Source: Stegostoma tigrinum (taxonomy: Eukaryota). Taken from it: DNA of 64,000 bases. Positions 47,965 through 60,024 of this stretch are shown here, one piece after another. The position numbers and the translations under genes were made by a program. The stretch spans positions 43,781,424 through 43,845,423 of the forward strand of contig NC_081360.1 of NCBI RefSeq assembly GCF_030684315.1, in the 5' to 3' direction. A model generated the notes under the pieces. It saw nothing but the letters and a program-made list of their open reading frames with translations. It did not search any database and had not been told where the DNA came from. Each line of letters opens with the position of its first letter. Position 1 is the first letter of the stretch.

Positions 47965-50119
47965 GTGCAATAGACTTAATTTTATTTCATTAGTTGGTAA
48001 CTCAATGAATCAGAAATGCTTATGTAAATGTTGCTAACTCTTGACATCACTTAAGCTACATTGGCAACGTAATATCAAAAAATATACCTCAAGTTTTTTT
48101 TTCCTTGAGGCTAAACATAATGATGCTTCCCTCACTAAGAAAAATAATTTACTACATAAAGGACTGTGTGGAAAGAAATAGCATTTTATTGGTTGATAAT
48201 TTAGTTTTCTGTAGAAAAGAAAAGATGGATTCATTTTTGCTCCTTTCGTCCCCTCTGCTGTTCCCTACATTTCTTTTGCTCCCCCTCACAACTCTCCTAG
48301 CATAACTGTTTTTCATCTTCTAACACTCTTTGCCATCACCTAATCTGATCAGTTGGGTCCTCTTTTCCATTTCTTTGCTGCCTCCTGCTGCTTTCCTCGT
48401 AAGTGGCATTGATTTTTTTTGACTTGTACCAGTTGTTGCTTCTCCTATTCTGAATGCCAGTGAATTTCCTCCTCTTGCCAACTATGATCCTACTCCATGC
48501 TCTGTGACCTTTCTCCATCCTGTGGTTCTGTTGCTACATCTCAATGTCGCCAACCACTGACAAAGATCTGTTCTATTACTGCACAATTAGAGATGCACCC
48601 CAAACTTGTTATTTTCTCTTTCTTTCTTTATCCTCCCAAGTTCACTCCCTGAAATCTTGCATTCATCAATCTAAGCATCTCCAGATCTTGAGGCTTTCCT
48701 TCCAGGTCTCTTTTTGCAGTGCTTCTGAATATAAGCATCACACTCCAGTCCAACTCTCTTAATACTGTCAAAATATAGAATTCCAATTCAACTAATGCTA
48801 CCCTGATGCAGCATTTGCAAGCCTCTGTATCCACATCTGCTATTTTTCAGTTTCCTCAGCATCATTCTTGTGCTGTTACTCCCTGCTAGATCCTTTTTCT
48901 GTGCTTTGATATTCCAGTACAGCTGTTATTTTGTTGTCCTACTTTCCTCTGAATCAAGTCCCTCCCAGTTCCTCAAGACACTGCTTTCTTTTAGCTCTCA
49001 GTACGAGGTCCACCACTGATTTTTTTTGTTTATTTGAAATTGGGTTATAATCCAGTTATAGTTATGCAGTGCCTTCAAGGAGTGCCCGTACCAATGGAAG
49101 ACCCTTATCACTTGAAGACATTTTCAGTAGCTTCAAGAGCAGGGATCAAGTTCAATCATGTTGAGACCTTTAGCTGTAATCATGTTGGATTTGGGTTACA
49201 GTGGCAAGGGAATAAATCTGGCTATGAACGATCATTATTGTCCACTGCCAACACCATGCCCATCTGGCCTACTTGTAACTCTTAACTGCTGTCTAAAATG
49301 GCCGAACGAGCTATTCAGTTCAAGGTTATGAGGGACAGACAGAGAATGCTGGCCTTTCCAGTGATACCTACACTCATGGGGAATTAAGAAAAAAACATAA
49401 CCAATGAGTGCTATCAGAGTCATGCTCCACCTGACTTGGAAATATATTGCTGCTCCTTTATTACCAATTCACATTCCTGGAATGTCCTATGTGAAATCCT
49501 GTAGGCATATTGAAGATTGACAGTAAATGTTGGCCTTTCCAATCTCCTTTAGTTTGTGAACAGTTTTTTTTAAGAAGTCCATGTAAAAAGAAGGAAGGCT
49601 AAAGCATTACCAATTTTTGGTTCAAATTCAGTCTGAATATTGTGTACAATTCAGGCTTTCAGAAGGATATCAAGATCTGGGATAGGACATGAAGGAATTA
49701 CCAGGATGATACCGGTCGTATGGAGATTTTAGAGAAGCTCCGATTATTCTCCTTGAGCAGAGCTCATTGAGATATTCAAAATGCTGATGAGTTTTGATAG
49801 AACAAGTAGGGAGGAACGATTTCCCCTGGTAAACAATGTTCCCTCCAGTCTGTGTGACTGCTCTGCTGGAAAGTCCTGAGCACGTCAATCGTCATGTAGC
49901 TGTGTGATATCTGTTGCATGCAGGAACTTTGGAGATCCATGTGGGAGGAAGGAAATTCGGTAGGAATGTTGCTGGCAAATGACTGGATAGCCAGGGATTG
50001 TAGATTAAATATGTGACAAGAAACTAATGGGAAATGTAGGGAAAATATTTTACGTGAGTGTTGTTTATATCTAGATTGTGCTACCTGAAAAGTCAATTTT
50101 ACATACAAGATTGAGTTCA

Positions 50120-50747
50120 TTTCCAGTTCTGGACCATACTAAACCCCTTCAAACTATATCAAGATGAAAGCCTAGAGCCTAACTTTGTATTATTTTAAAA
50201 GTGTAAGGCATTGTGTTCCAGATGCCATTTGATTGGTCAAACTATTCAACTTTAAGCAAAATATGTTTTGTTTTATACTAGAGTTAAAATAAAGATAAAA
50301 TTAAAAGAAAAAATTGGCTTAACTGTAATTCTATCAAAATGCTTAACAAAATAATATAGAAAAACTACTAATTAACCATTTCAGTACAATAATATCCCTT
50401 TGGCAAAGACAAATGAAGTAAAATAGATTGTCTCACATACAATTCTAGTAGCAGGAAGAGACCCTTGCTTTCAGCTGTAACAGAGAAAGGAATAAGCGCT
50501 TCCACATCCAGATTCAATACCTCAGCAACTGCAGAAAGCTAAATCTAAAAATCGTAGTTCTGTGCAAGCTTTTCCCCACTCATTCAGGCTGTTTCTATTG
50601 TTCTGACTTTTAGAAAGAGAAGCCCTGAAGGCCTCACAAGCTGATTAATTTATTCACTTTGAACAGTCAACTCTGAACCTTTGTCTCAACCTTCCTTATA
50701 TTAAAAAAAAGACAAAAATCACCTATTAAAGCCGTAATATTGTTGCA
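50120..50747 (-). mobile_element. Possible solo LTR inserted in an old CR1 3' end
   Basis: CR1-like 3' sequence resumes on both sides, and the block resembles recalled shark LTRs. Termini are degenerate. Confidence 0.35.
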
Positions 50748-51674
50748 ATGGAAAAGAGTTTGGGTATGAGATTAAATTGGACCAGCACAATGTGACAAAT
50801 GATTGTTTTATTTACTGTAAGATTCCATGAACGTACTACTATACTTTGAAACTGATGACTTGATCTATCCGAACATTCTACTGCAACTGCAACGTGGCAT
50901 TAAGAATGTTTCAAGTATGTGCCAGGGCAAAAATAAACAACCATTTAAATCTGCTGTAAGTGTCTATGCACTGCACATGTCACCATAGAAGATTTATTAC
51001 AATGTTGATCAGCTACAGTAAACTCATACCAGGAAACAATGTCAATTTATTCTGGTATATCTAGGGAATAATATTGACATCTGACTACAGGTCATTGTAC
51101 GCTGATTGGTCAGGATACAGTATGATGAAAGAAGCTTCATTATTTCCACTGTTTTAAAACACATTACTTTGTCTCACTCCGAAGGTATTTGCTATTTGAG
51201 GTAGTATTTTGAGGGAACCAGTTGGTCATCATTCATGTATAAGTGTTGACTGTGAATATTGCAGAAGAACTGAGTCATCATTATAGCTGAGGCTTATCGC
51301 GCCCTCACTGACATTCATGCACATGTGCAAGTCAAAAATAAACAAGAGAAGGACTAGAATGAACAGTAGAGAAGTCGAAGTTTTATTATTTTTGATTTCA
51401 CAACCATGAGGACAACATTGACTAAAGAGAGAAAAGAGGATCCAATCGAGACTTGAGTCTTAATCTAAAATCTTACATTATGCTTTTCTGGCAAAACTTC
51501 CAGAATCAAACCCAGTGTGTGACTTGCACTTTCACTCCTAAGAATTAGAATTAAGTTTTATTGCTACGTGAAAAGCGTACAAAGTCGTCACCTGGGAAGC
51601 CATTCCTGCTGCTGCCGCAGGTGCTTGGAAGTTGTTCCTGCTGCTCCGCAAGCCCTCTTTTTCGTACTGGGGTA

Positions 51675-51874
51675 TAGGTAGTTCTCCTATAACGCAATAG
51701 TTGCGTTCTTGTGTGACCTCGCACTGGAGAAAATCGCTTTATAGGGAAATCACTATGGAAATTCGCTATACCTGACAGCAGAAGGTTTGCATTATCCAAA
51801 CTGCATCCACTGTTCATCGAACACTCTACAGCCAATGTTTGTTAACGAAACACATGCTATAGCAGAATTAGCTA
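51675..51874. mobile_element. Tc1/mariner (Tigger/pogo-like) MITE
   Basis: TIRs TAGGTAGTTCTCCTATAACG and (reverse complement) TAGCTAATTCTGCTATAGCA, with TA on both sides; 200 bp. Confidence 0.7.
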
Positions 51875-52544
51875 TAATTGGATAAATGTCAGATTAATAA
51901 AGCATACAATAGTACTTCAGAATCTGTTGCATTTCAGTCGAGACTAAGGACAAAATCGCCAATTGTTATCGAGTTATGCGACCTAGAGTTATGTGCTTGC
52001 CTGAGAAGTTGCATGTTCAAAGATGATTAATTATTCCTACCCTCAGTCTTCAACATTTTTTTGAGGAGGTTTGGCAACTAATACCTGTGATTTGAGAGTC
52101 TGCAATATTGATTTCCAACAATGTCACCAAAGGTATTCAGTTATTGTACAAATCAGCTTTGGGGCCCTGGTGTCTGAATTCAGGGTGTTGCAAACCGGGG
52201 ATTTTGGTATCTGAAGACCACCATTAGATAAGGCATTGCACTGATTTTAGTGTTCCAGTGACATGAAGGTAGTAGAGGTAAAACTGCCTACCATAAGTTC
52301 GTGAAAGTTAGTCCCATCAAGTTCACTCCTATGTCTCATGATAAACAGGTTTACTCCAGCCATCTTTCATGTTGTTGAATAACTGCAATAAGTTTATTCC
52401 CTTCCTAAAACCCTTCTTCCTCACTGGGATACATCCTTGTTGTGGGACCAGAATTATGTTTTTAAAAGTCTGTCAATGCCATTGCCATTGTTTGTCAGTC
52501 ATCTTTTCTGCTAAACCCCTTTTGTGCATTCCCGTCAACTCTTC

Positions 52545-52980
52545 CAACATTCCCATGAAATTACCCTAATCTTGGTTTAGCCTAGCTTCCAGCCCAAGTT
52601 TCTTACTCTCAAACTGAATGCTGAGTTTTGCCATGTTATGGTCACTATTCCCTAGGGAATTTTTTTATTCTGAGATAATTTATTAAGCATGTTTATTACA
52701 CATTGACAAATCTGAAATAGCCTGATCCCTGATTGGATCCACAATATTGTTCCAAGAAACTGTCCTAAAAGGAAAATAATACATGACCATGTAAGCATTC
52801 TGTGAATTCTTCCTCATGGCTTCCTCTGTCAACCTGACTACCCAACCTACATGAAGACTTAAAGTCACCAATGATTAATGTACTGCCTTTGTTACATGTG
52901 CTCGTTATCTCCTGATTTATTCTCTGTCCCACTGTACTGTTGGGGAGCCTGTAGTCCACTCCTACAGGTGTCTCCTTTCT
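52545..52980 (-). mobile_element. CR1 APE endonuclease fragment
   Basis: YRLPNS...IIGDF and PIRDQAISDLSMCN peptides. Confidence 0.75.
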
Positions 52981-52989
52981 CTTTCTTAC

Positions 52990-53400
52990 CTAGAACTTGA
53001 ACCCTGGCCTTCTGGCTCAGAGGTGGGAACACTATAGCTACATTATAAGATCCCCTTCAGGTGAAACACCCCCAAACAGTTTCCTGATTATGGCATGAAG
53101 TATTCACTTATATTTCTCTGCCTCAAGCATCAGGAGTGAGTCCTGAACCCACCACCTTTCAACTCAGAAGGAAGAGTACTACCAACCTGAGCCACAGCCA
53201 GAAACTATAAGTTAGTTTTCAATCAACCTGTTCAGACACGTCTCCGGGATGGCTGGGACTTGAACCTGGATTTTCTGGCCCAGGCTACAGTGCCATTATG
53301 CCACATGAGCCCAGAGCTAACTCTGAATTACTTTCTAATCAACCTGTTCAACCTATTACACTCCTCTGAAGCAGGTGGAAGTGAAACGCGGCTCTTCTGA
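52990..53400 (-). mobile_element. Cluster of about four short tRNA-derived SINE remnants
   Basis: Repeated reverse B-box (ACTTGAACCC, CCTGAACCC, ACTTGAACCT, GTGAAACG) and AATCAACCTGTTCA ends. Related singles at about 16795-16910 (+) and 39025-39135 (-). Confidence 0.6.
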
Positions 53401-53619
53401 TATGTGCCTTGCAGTTTCCTCTTATGTCTCTAGCAATGCATGTATTGAAGAAATGAAGACAAGGCAGTTGTAAACCGAATTCCCTTAATCATATGTTTAT
53501 TCTCTTTACAGGTAATATGAATGTAAAGTAATATTCCCAGTATCGCAAAATTTTGGGGAAAAGATGTAAAAATGGTCCTCCACACATAAAAGTGACGCAG
53601 ATTTTCTTCTGTTACCTAG

Positions 53620-53733
53620 AATGTGATTCCTGCTGAGGTGTCCTTAGTCTGTGTGGTGAAACCAGATGAATTCTGGGACAAGAAAGTGACTCATTTTTGC
53701 TTTTGGAAGGAGAAAGATAGACTTGGATTTGAG
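53620..53733 (+). CDS. SESTD1: SESTD1 coding exon: [38 protein letters not shown]
   Basis: ttctgttacctag| acceptor, GAG|gtatgt donor, 114 nt, phase 0 to 0. Matches SESTD1. The gene continues past the window end. Confidence 0.96.
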
Positions 53734-54662
53734 GTATGTGAACACTGATGTGTTCTCCAGCATGGGTATTGTGTTCTTGCAATTTTTAATCTGGTTTAAA
53801 GTCTCCAATATTACTTTACTTTCATTAAATGTACTATCAATGTAGAACTCAAAACTTATTTCTGATAGTACTACTGTGTCCAAAAATAGGAAGTCTTCAG
53901 AGTTTTGACATGTTTACAGATTTTTTGGAGTATTTACAGATTAAAACCATCACATTTGTGAAAAATCTACAACAAATGTTTACAGGAAGTAGATTATAAA
54001 TATCATCTTTCTGCGTTCCTGTAGATGACATTGTACAAATAACCTATTGTTGGGGCTGGTGTAAAAAATAGCATTTTAAATTAACTTGATTTTTTTCATC
54101 GTTGTCATTGTTTAATGAATCATGATAGCTTAGTTAAGAAGATATAGGATTGATTCTTTAAATAAGGATGAAGTTAGTGGACGTTCATAGTTTCACGTTT
54201 TTCAGGAAGTTAAACTAATTCTGATTTTCAAATTTGGAAGAATGTGCATACTCAAGCTTTTCTGAAAACTAGATCTATGTCTTAATGTTGGGCATTTTAG
54301 TTTTTTTGTTATTTATGCACTGAAGTGGATTAAATACTGAAGAAAAATAATAGGTTTATTACTTTTACACAATGATCTAAGTTTCATAAACAGCTGTGAA
54401 GCAGCACTACTTACTGTTGACCTTCAATAGAGCTGCAGAATCTAGTGATCTGTATAACACCAAATTCCGGTTTCCTGATGTTGCTTTAAATATGGCTGTA
54501 AGCCAAGAGAATCATCAGGTGTTCAACAACAGTGATATCAAGCAGGGTAAGCAGCCAACCATATTGCAGTATACTTTCAGAAACGAAAACAGGAAGTAAG
54601 AACGACTAAATTCCTTCATTTTAATTTTTAAATTTCATAGCGAGATAATAACTGAACAAGCA

Positions 54663-54780
54663 TCACTAGACCCAAAATGTTAACTCTGCTTTCTCTCCGC
54701 AGATGCTGCCAGAATTCCTGGGTTTCTCCAGCAATTTGTTTTTGCTTCAGATTTCCAGAATTCAGTTTTTGTTTCAATTC
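54663..54780 (+). mobile_element. Penelope pLTR fragment beginning in hammerhead stem II
   Basis: TCACTAGACCCAAAATGTTAACTCTGCTTTCTCTCC.CAGATGCTGCCAGA. Confidence 0.7.
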
Positions 54781-55013
54781 TTTTTATACATGGGCTGAAG
54801 TTAGAAACTGAAATAAACCGTCAAAAGAATAATTATTTGCATACTACATGGGAATTTTTATTGTTTTAGAAAAATGATATTTGACAAATACAAAATTAAT
54901 CTTTTAGAGCCATTGACGCTGTTTTAGAAAAAAAATGAATTTATACTGTTAAAATTGAGTTACACCTCACTTAAACTGTAACAAGATTTTTTACTGTTAG
55001 ACCAAGGGCAGAA

Positions 55014-55332
55014 GATTAGATTAGATTCCCTACAGTGTGGAAACAGGCCCTTCGGCCCAACAAGTCCACACCGCCCCTTGAAACATCCCATCCAGACCCA
55101 TCCCCCTATAACCCACACACCCCTGAAGACTACGGCAATTTTAGCATGGCCAATCCACCCAACCTGCACATCTTTGGACTGTGGGAGGAAACCGGAGCAC
55201 CCAGAGGAAACCCACGCAGACACGGGGAGAACGTGCAAAGTCCACACAGACAGTCACCCGAGGCGGGAATCGAACACAGGTTCCTGGTGCTGTGAGGTTG
55301 CAGTGCTAACCACTGAGCCAATGTGCCACCCC
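55014..55332 (-). mobile_element. HE1 SINE, full length
   Basis: A and B boxes, V-domain and (AATCT)n tail. Confidence 0.93.
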
Positions 55333-55594
55333 TAAAGAAGAGTGTACGTTCTTGTCAGTTCAGTGATTAAGAATAGATTACATTTTAGAGGTCCACAACT
55401 ATGCATCTCCTGGAGTCAAGAAGAATCACTGATAGCTACTTGTGGGCCTCCATGTTTAACTACTTAACAGTTAACTAATCTACAAATTCCAGAAAATGCA
55501 CACTGATAGTTTTGAAATTATGCTGATTACAGCAATGAAGGTGACTCTAGATAGAAATAGATCAAATAGTCTCCCTTATTCTTAACTATTCTTA

Positions 55595-55843
55595 GCCCAG
55601 TTCGTCCCCGCCTCCCTAACCTGTTCTTCCTCTCACCTATCCCCTCCTCCCACCTCAAGCCGCACCTCCGTTTCCCACCTACTAATCTCCTTGACCTGTC
55701 TGTCCTCCCCGGACTGACCTATCCCCTCCCCACCTATACTCTCATCTCCACCCATCTTCTCCTTAATCCATGTTCGGTCCGCCTCCCCCTCTCTCCCTGT
55801 TTATTTCAGAACCCTCTCCCCAACCCCATCTCTGATGAAGGGT
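55595..55843 (+). mobile_element. Penelope pLTR fragment ending in the hammerhead core (CTGATGAAGGGT)
   Basis: C-rich pLTR body homologous to the reverse complement of 19020-19100. Confidence 0.75.
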
Positions 55844-55845
55844 TG

Positions 55846-56075
55846 AGTCTGCACCAACCATCTGAAGAGCATCCCACCTGGACCCAGCCCCTTACCTTAT
55901 CCCCGTACCTCCACGTTTATGTGGCTAATCCTTAGCACTTAGCTTGCACATCCCTAGACATTTAGTATTTTAGTATGGTCAGTCCACCTGACTTGCACAT
56001 CTTTGGACCGTGGGAGAAAACTGGACTTCTGGTGGAAACCCACGCAGACACGAGGAGAATGTGTGAATTCCACTC
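55846..56075 (-). mobile_element. HE1-type SINE fragment (diverged)
   Basis: Reverse V-domain GCACATCTTTGGAC.GTGGGAG...CCCACGCAGACACG. Confidence 0.8.
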
Positions 56076-57039
56076 ATGACATCATAAATGACAAAGCTCC
56101 CTGTGTACATACTTGGGGTTAATCTTACTCTCTGCTTTTCTCACCTTTTCTTCTAGATTCCCTTTATCCCTTTAGGTGTGTTTATTATATGCGCTTATCC
56201 TCCTGAAAGTCTCCATATGCAGGCACAGCCTTTATGTTGGTTTACTATTCTTCCTAATCTGATATAGATTTCACTTTAAAGTTGTTGAGAATGTACATTC
56301 TCTTACTTCTTTCTTACTACCTGAAAGTCATTGTTTCTCAATTCACAAAGACGAAACTCTGTAGGGTTGTTCTGCTGCAGGTCATTGGCTTATCCTGGGG
56401 GTGGTTTTCTGCAGATTGTTATTGAAGCATGGCATTTGAATCTGAAAATATTCTTTTAACCAGGCATGATCTTGGTTGCTGCATCTTCTCAGTGACAGAG
56501 CTGACTCGTTGTTAGCCCTTGACTCAGATCATTTCCGTGGCTGCTAAGTCAGGCAGTTTATGGGCTGTATGGTATAAGCAGGCTTCTCTCCTTTTTTATA
56601 CTTTTTGGTCTTCTGTGGTGGTACGTGGTGTCAATGGAAGTGTGGGAAAGGGGAGCTGGATCTTGAGTCTTCAGCTAATGTGGAGTTCACGGGCTGTTTT
56701 GTAATGGCTTAGAACTGTCTCTTAATGGTGCGAAATCAGAATCTTTGCTGGTTTTGGTTGTGTTTCTCCCCCACCACTCCTCATCAGCCTCTTCATTGGT
56801 CTGAGGGTGTGTTGGGGAGCTTGTGGCACGAACAAAGCAGTACAACTTGGCAAAGGGCTTGAAATAAGTTTGCAAACCATAGCATGTTATTGGAGATGAT
56901 TGTGTGTCTAGGATACCATGTATAGAGAATATTTTCCTTACAGGAGGATGTGATAGCTTCAGAAATGAACCTGTGTAAGCAGTACACTTCAAAGGGAGTA
57001 ATAATGCACTAGGAGGAAAAGCTTTTTTTATTCAAACAG

Positions 57040-59408
57040 CTGTCTCCCTCCTACAAGCGCGAGTTCCCACCTGCTTCAAGAAGACCACCGTTATCCCGGT
57101 ACCTGAGAAAACACATGCAATGCGCCTTAATGACTATCACCCAGTAGCTCTGACCTCCATAATCATGAAGTGCTTCATGAGGCTGGTCGTGGCACATGGC
57201 AACGCTAGTCTCCCAGCCTGCCTCAATCCCCTGCAATTTGCCTATCGACGTAACAGGTCCATAGTGGAGACCATTTCCCAAGCCTTGCATTCATCCCTGG
57301 AACATCTGGACAGCAAAGACAGCTACATCAGACCCCTGCTGATGGACTACAGCTCTGTCTTCAACACCATTATCCCCTCCAGACTGATCTCAAAACTCCG
57401 AGACCTCAGTCTTGGCTCCAGCCTGTGTAACTGGATCCTCAAATTCCTGGCCCAAAAACCACAATTACTGAAGGTAGACAACTGCACCTCCTCCATGATA
57501 GTAGTCAACACTGCCCCCTACTGCACTGTCTATACACCCATGACTGTTGCCAAATTCCGAACAAGCGCCATCTACAAGTTTGCTGACAACACCACTGTGT
57601 TGGGGGGGGGTATCAAACAACAATAAACTAGTGTACAGGATGGGGATAGCGTGCTTGGTGACGTGGTGCAATAATAATGCCTCCCTCAATGTTGGCAAAA
57701 CTAAAGAATTGATCATTGACTACAGAAAGGAAAGGGGAGAACATGCCCCCACCTACATCAATAGAATTGAGGTTGAGAGGGTGGAAAACGTGAAGCTCCG
57801 AGGAGCAACGATAACCAACAATTTGCCCTGGACTTCCCACATAGATGGAACAGTCAAGAAGACACAACAATGCCACTTCTTCCTCAGGTGGCTCAGGAAA
57901 TTTGACATGCCTATCAGGGGCCTCACCAACTTTTGCAGATATGCAATAAAAAGCATACTGTCTGGGTGCGTAACAGCCTGGTACGGCAACTGCTCGGTCC
58001 AGGATCGTACGAAACTAAAGAAGGTTGTGTGCACAGCCCAGACAATCACAGAAGCCAACCTCCCATCCACAGAATCAGTTTACATATCTTGTTGACATGG
58101 AAAGGCTGCCAAAGTCATCAAGGACCCATCCTATCCTGGTATTGCTCTCCAATAACCTCTTCCATCAGGCATATAATACAGAAGCCTGCCGGTTCAAGAA
58201 CAGCTTCTTCCCTGCTGTTATTAGACTGATGTATGGACTCTCTAACTTCAAGTAATGCTGATTTGTTAATGTGATCTTGCCAAGCGCACTATGTAACCTG
58301 TATGCCTTACTCTGTCCGAGATCTTATTCCCCGATGATCTGTATGTCCTTGCATACTATGATTTGCCTGTACTGCTTGCAGACAAAGCTTGCAAACACCT
58401 AGTGGGGTACTACAGGATTCAGTGTTGGGACCCCAGCTATTCACAATGTATATTAATGATTTGGATGAAGGAACAAAATATAACATCTCCAAGTTTGCAG
58501 ATGATACCAAATTGGGTAGGAGGGTGCGCTGTGATGAGGATGCAGAGATCCTTCAGCATGATCTTGACAGGTTGGATGAGAGGGCAAATCAATGGCAGAT
58601 GCAATATAACTTGGATAAATGTGAGATTAATCACTTTGAACGCAAAACCAAGAAGGCAGATTGCTACTTGAATTGCTGTAAATTGGGAGAGGGGAGTGTG
58701 CAGCAGGACCTGGGTGTCCTTGTGCATCAGTCACTGAAGGTAAACGTACAGATACAGCAGATGGTGAAGGAGTTAAATGGTATGTTGGGCTTCATTGCAA
58801 GAGTTTTCGAGTACAGGAGCAGGGATGTGCCTTTGCGGTTATACAGGGCCTTTCTGAGGAGGGATGCACTTGCTGTCAAAGGAATGCAGTGAAGGTTTAC
58901 CAGGCTGATTCCACGGATGGCAGGTCTGACAAATGAGGAGAGATTGACTAGGTTGGGATTGTTTTCGCTAGAGTTCAGATGAATGAGGGAGGATCTCATA
59001 GAGATTTTTAAAATTCTAACAGGGGTAGATGCAGGGAGGCTGTTTTTGGTGGTGGGTATGTCCAGAACTAGGGATGACAGTATGAGGTTTCAGGGTAGAC
59101 AATTTAGGATGGAGATGAGGAGACATCTCTTCACTCAACGAGTGGTGAGTCTGTACAATTCATTACCACAGGAAGTAGTTGATGCCGAAACATTGAATTT
59201 GTTCAAGAGGTGACTGGATATAGCACTTGGGGCGAATGGGTATGGGGAGAAGTCAAGATAAGCTGTTGAGTTGGATGATCAGCTCTGATTGTGAAGAATG
59301 GTGGAGCAGGCTCAAAGGGCCAAATGGTTTCGCCCTGCTCCTATCTTCTATGTTTCTATGTTTTCACTGTACTTAGGTGCCAATAAATCAACTCAAATCA
59401 ATCAAATC
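57040..59408 (+). mobile_element. Rex1/Babar-clade LINE (RT), 5'-truncated; 3' UTR split by a CR1 insertion
   Basis: LNDYHPVALTSIIMKCF, LQFAYRRNRS, DYSSVFNTIIP, KFADNTTV, LNVGKTKELIIDYR. The tail resumes at 59361 (TTTTCACTGTA...CAATAAATCA). Confidence 0.88.
58391..59360 (+). mobile_element. CR1 LINE 3' ~1 kb
   Basis: SGVLQDSVLGPQLFTMYINDLD..SKFADDTKLG..WQMQYNLDKC and the tail CCTGCTCCTATCTTCTATGTTTCTATG. Confidence 0.92.
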
Positions 59409-60024
59409 CATGCCTAGACTGACAGGATGAGACCAAAAGTGGTTGCTTCTAGTCTTGTTTGTTATGGCATAGGTGATGCAGTTGGAAAGCGCCTTTTTCA
59501 ATCATCGTAATATACTTCTCCACCATATTGAGTGCTGTACCATAACCTGAAACTTCCAGAGGATCCCAAGGTGAGGGACTTATGGTACAATCAGCCTCTC
59601 ACCATTGATGAGGAGTCAGTGATCGCTATGCTGCTGAAAAACTGTTTGACTGAGATTATTAAAAACACCTATCAAAACAGAGCGCAGACCTGCATTGATT
59701 TCTCATCTAGCACCTGTACTTGACTGTTTTCTTGTAGCTTCCTTGCTTTTGCAGGCAAGTATTCAGTGGTTTGAGATGGAAAAGCTGAAGCTTTTATAAA
59801 TTCATGTCCGCTTTGTGACTGATCATTAGCTATTCTTGATAATGCATCAGTAGTTATATGATGCTTTCTTGAATATATAAAGGTGTTCTTTATCTACACC
59901 TTGTTTAGTTGATGTTAGAAACCATATAGACTGGCCATCTGATGCAGATTTTATAAATCTTGAACACTTCCTAGTCCCCACAATTCTGAGCTGGTGCATC
60001 CACTGCTACAATGGTTGATCTCCT

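Noticed and set aside
22329-55332. tRNA genes at A/B-box sequences
   Set aside because: All continue into SINE bodies and lack a complete cloverleaf.
57120-58892. Long RT ORFs as active or domesticated genes
   Set aside because: They are frameshifted and 5'-truncated, and the Rex1 catalytic motif reads FADN; consistent with dead LINE copies.
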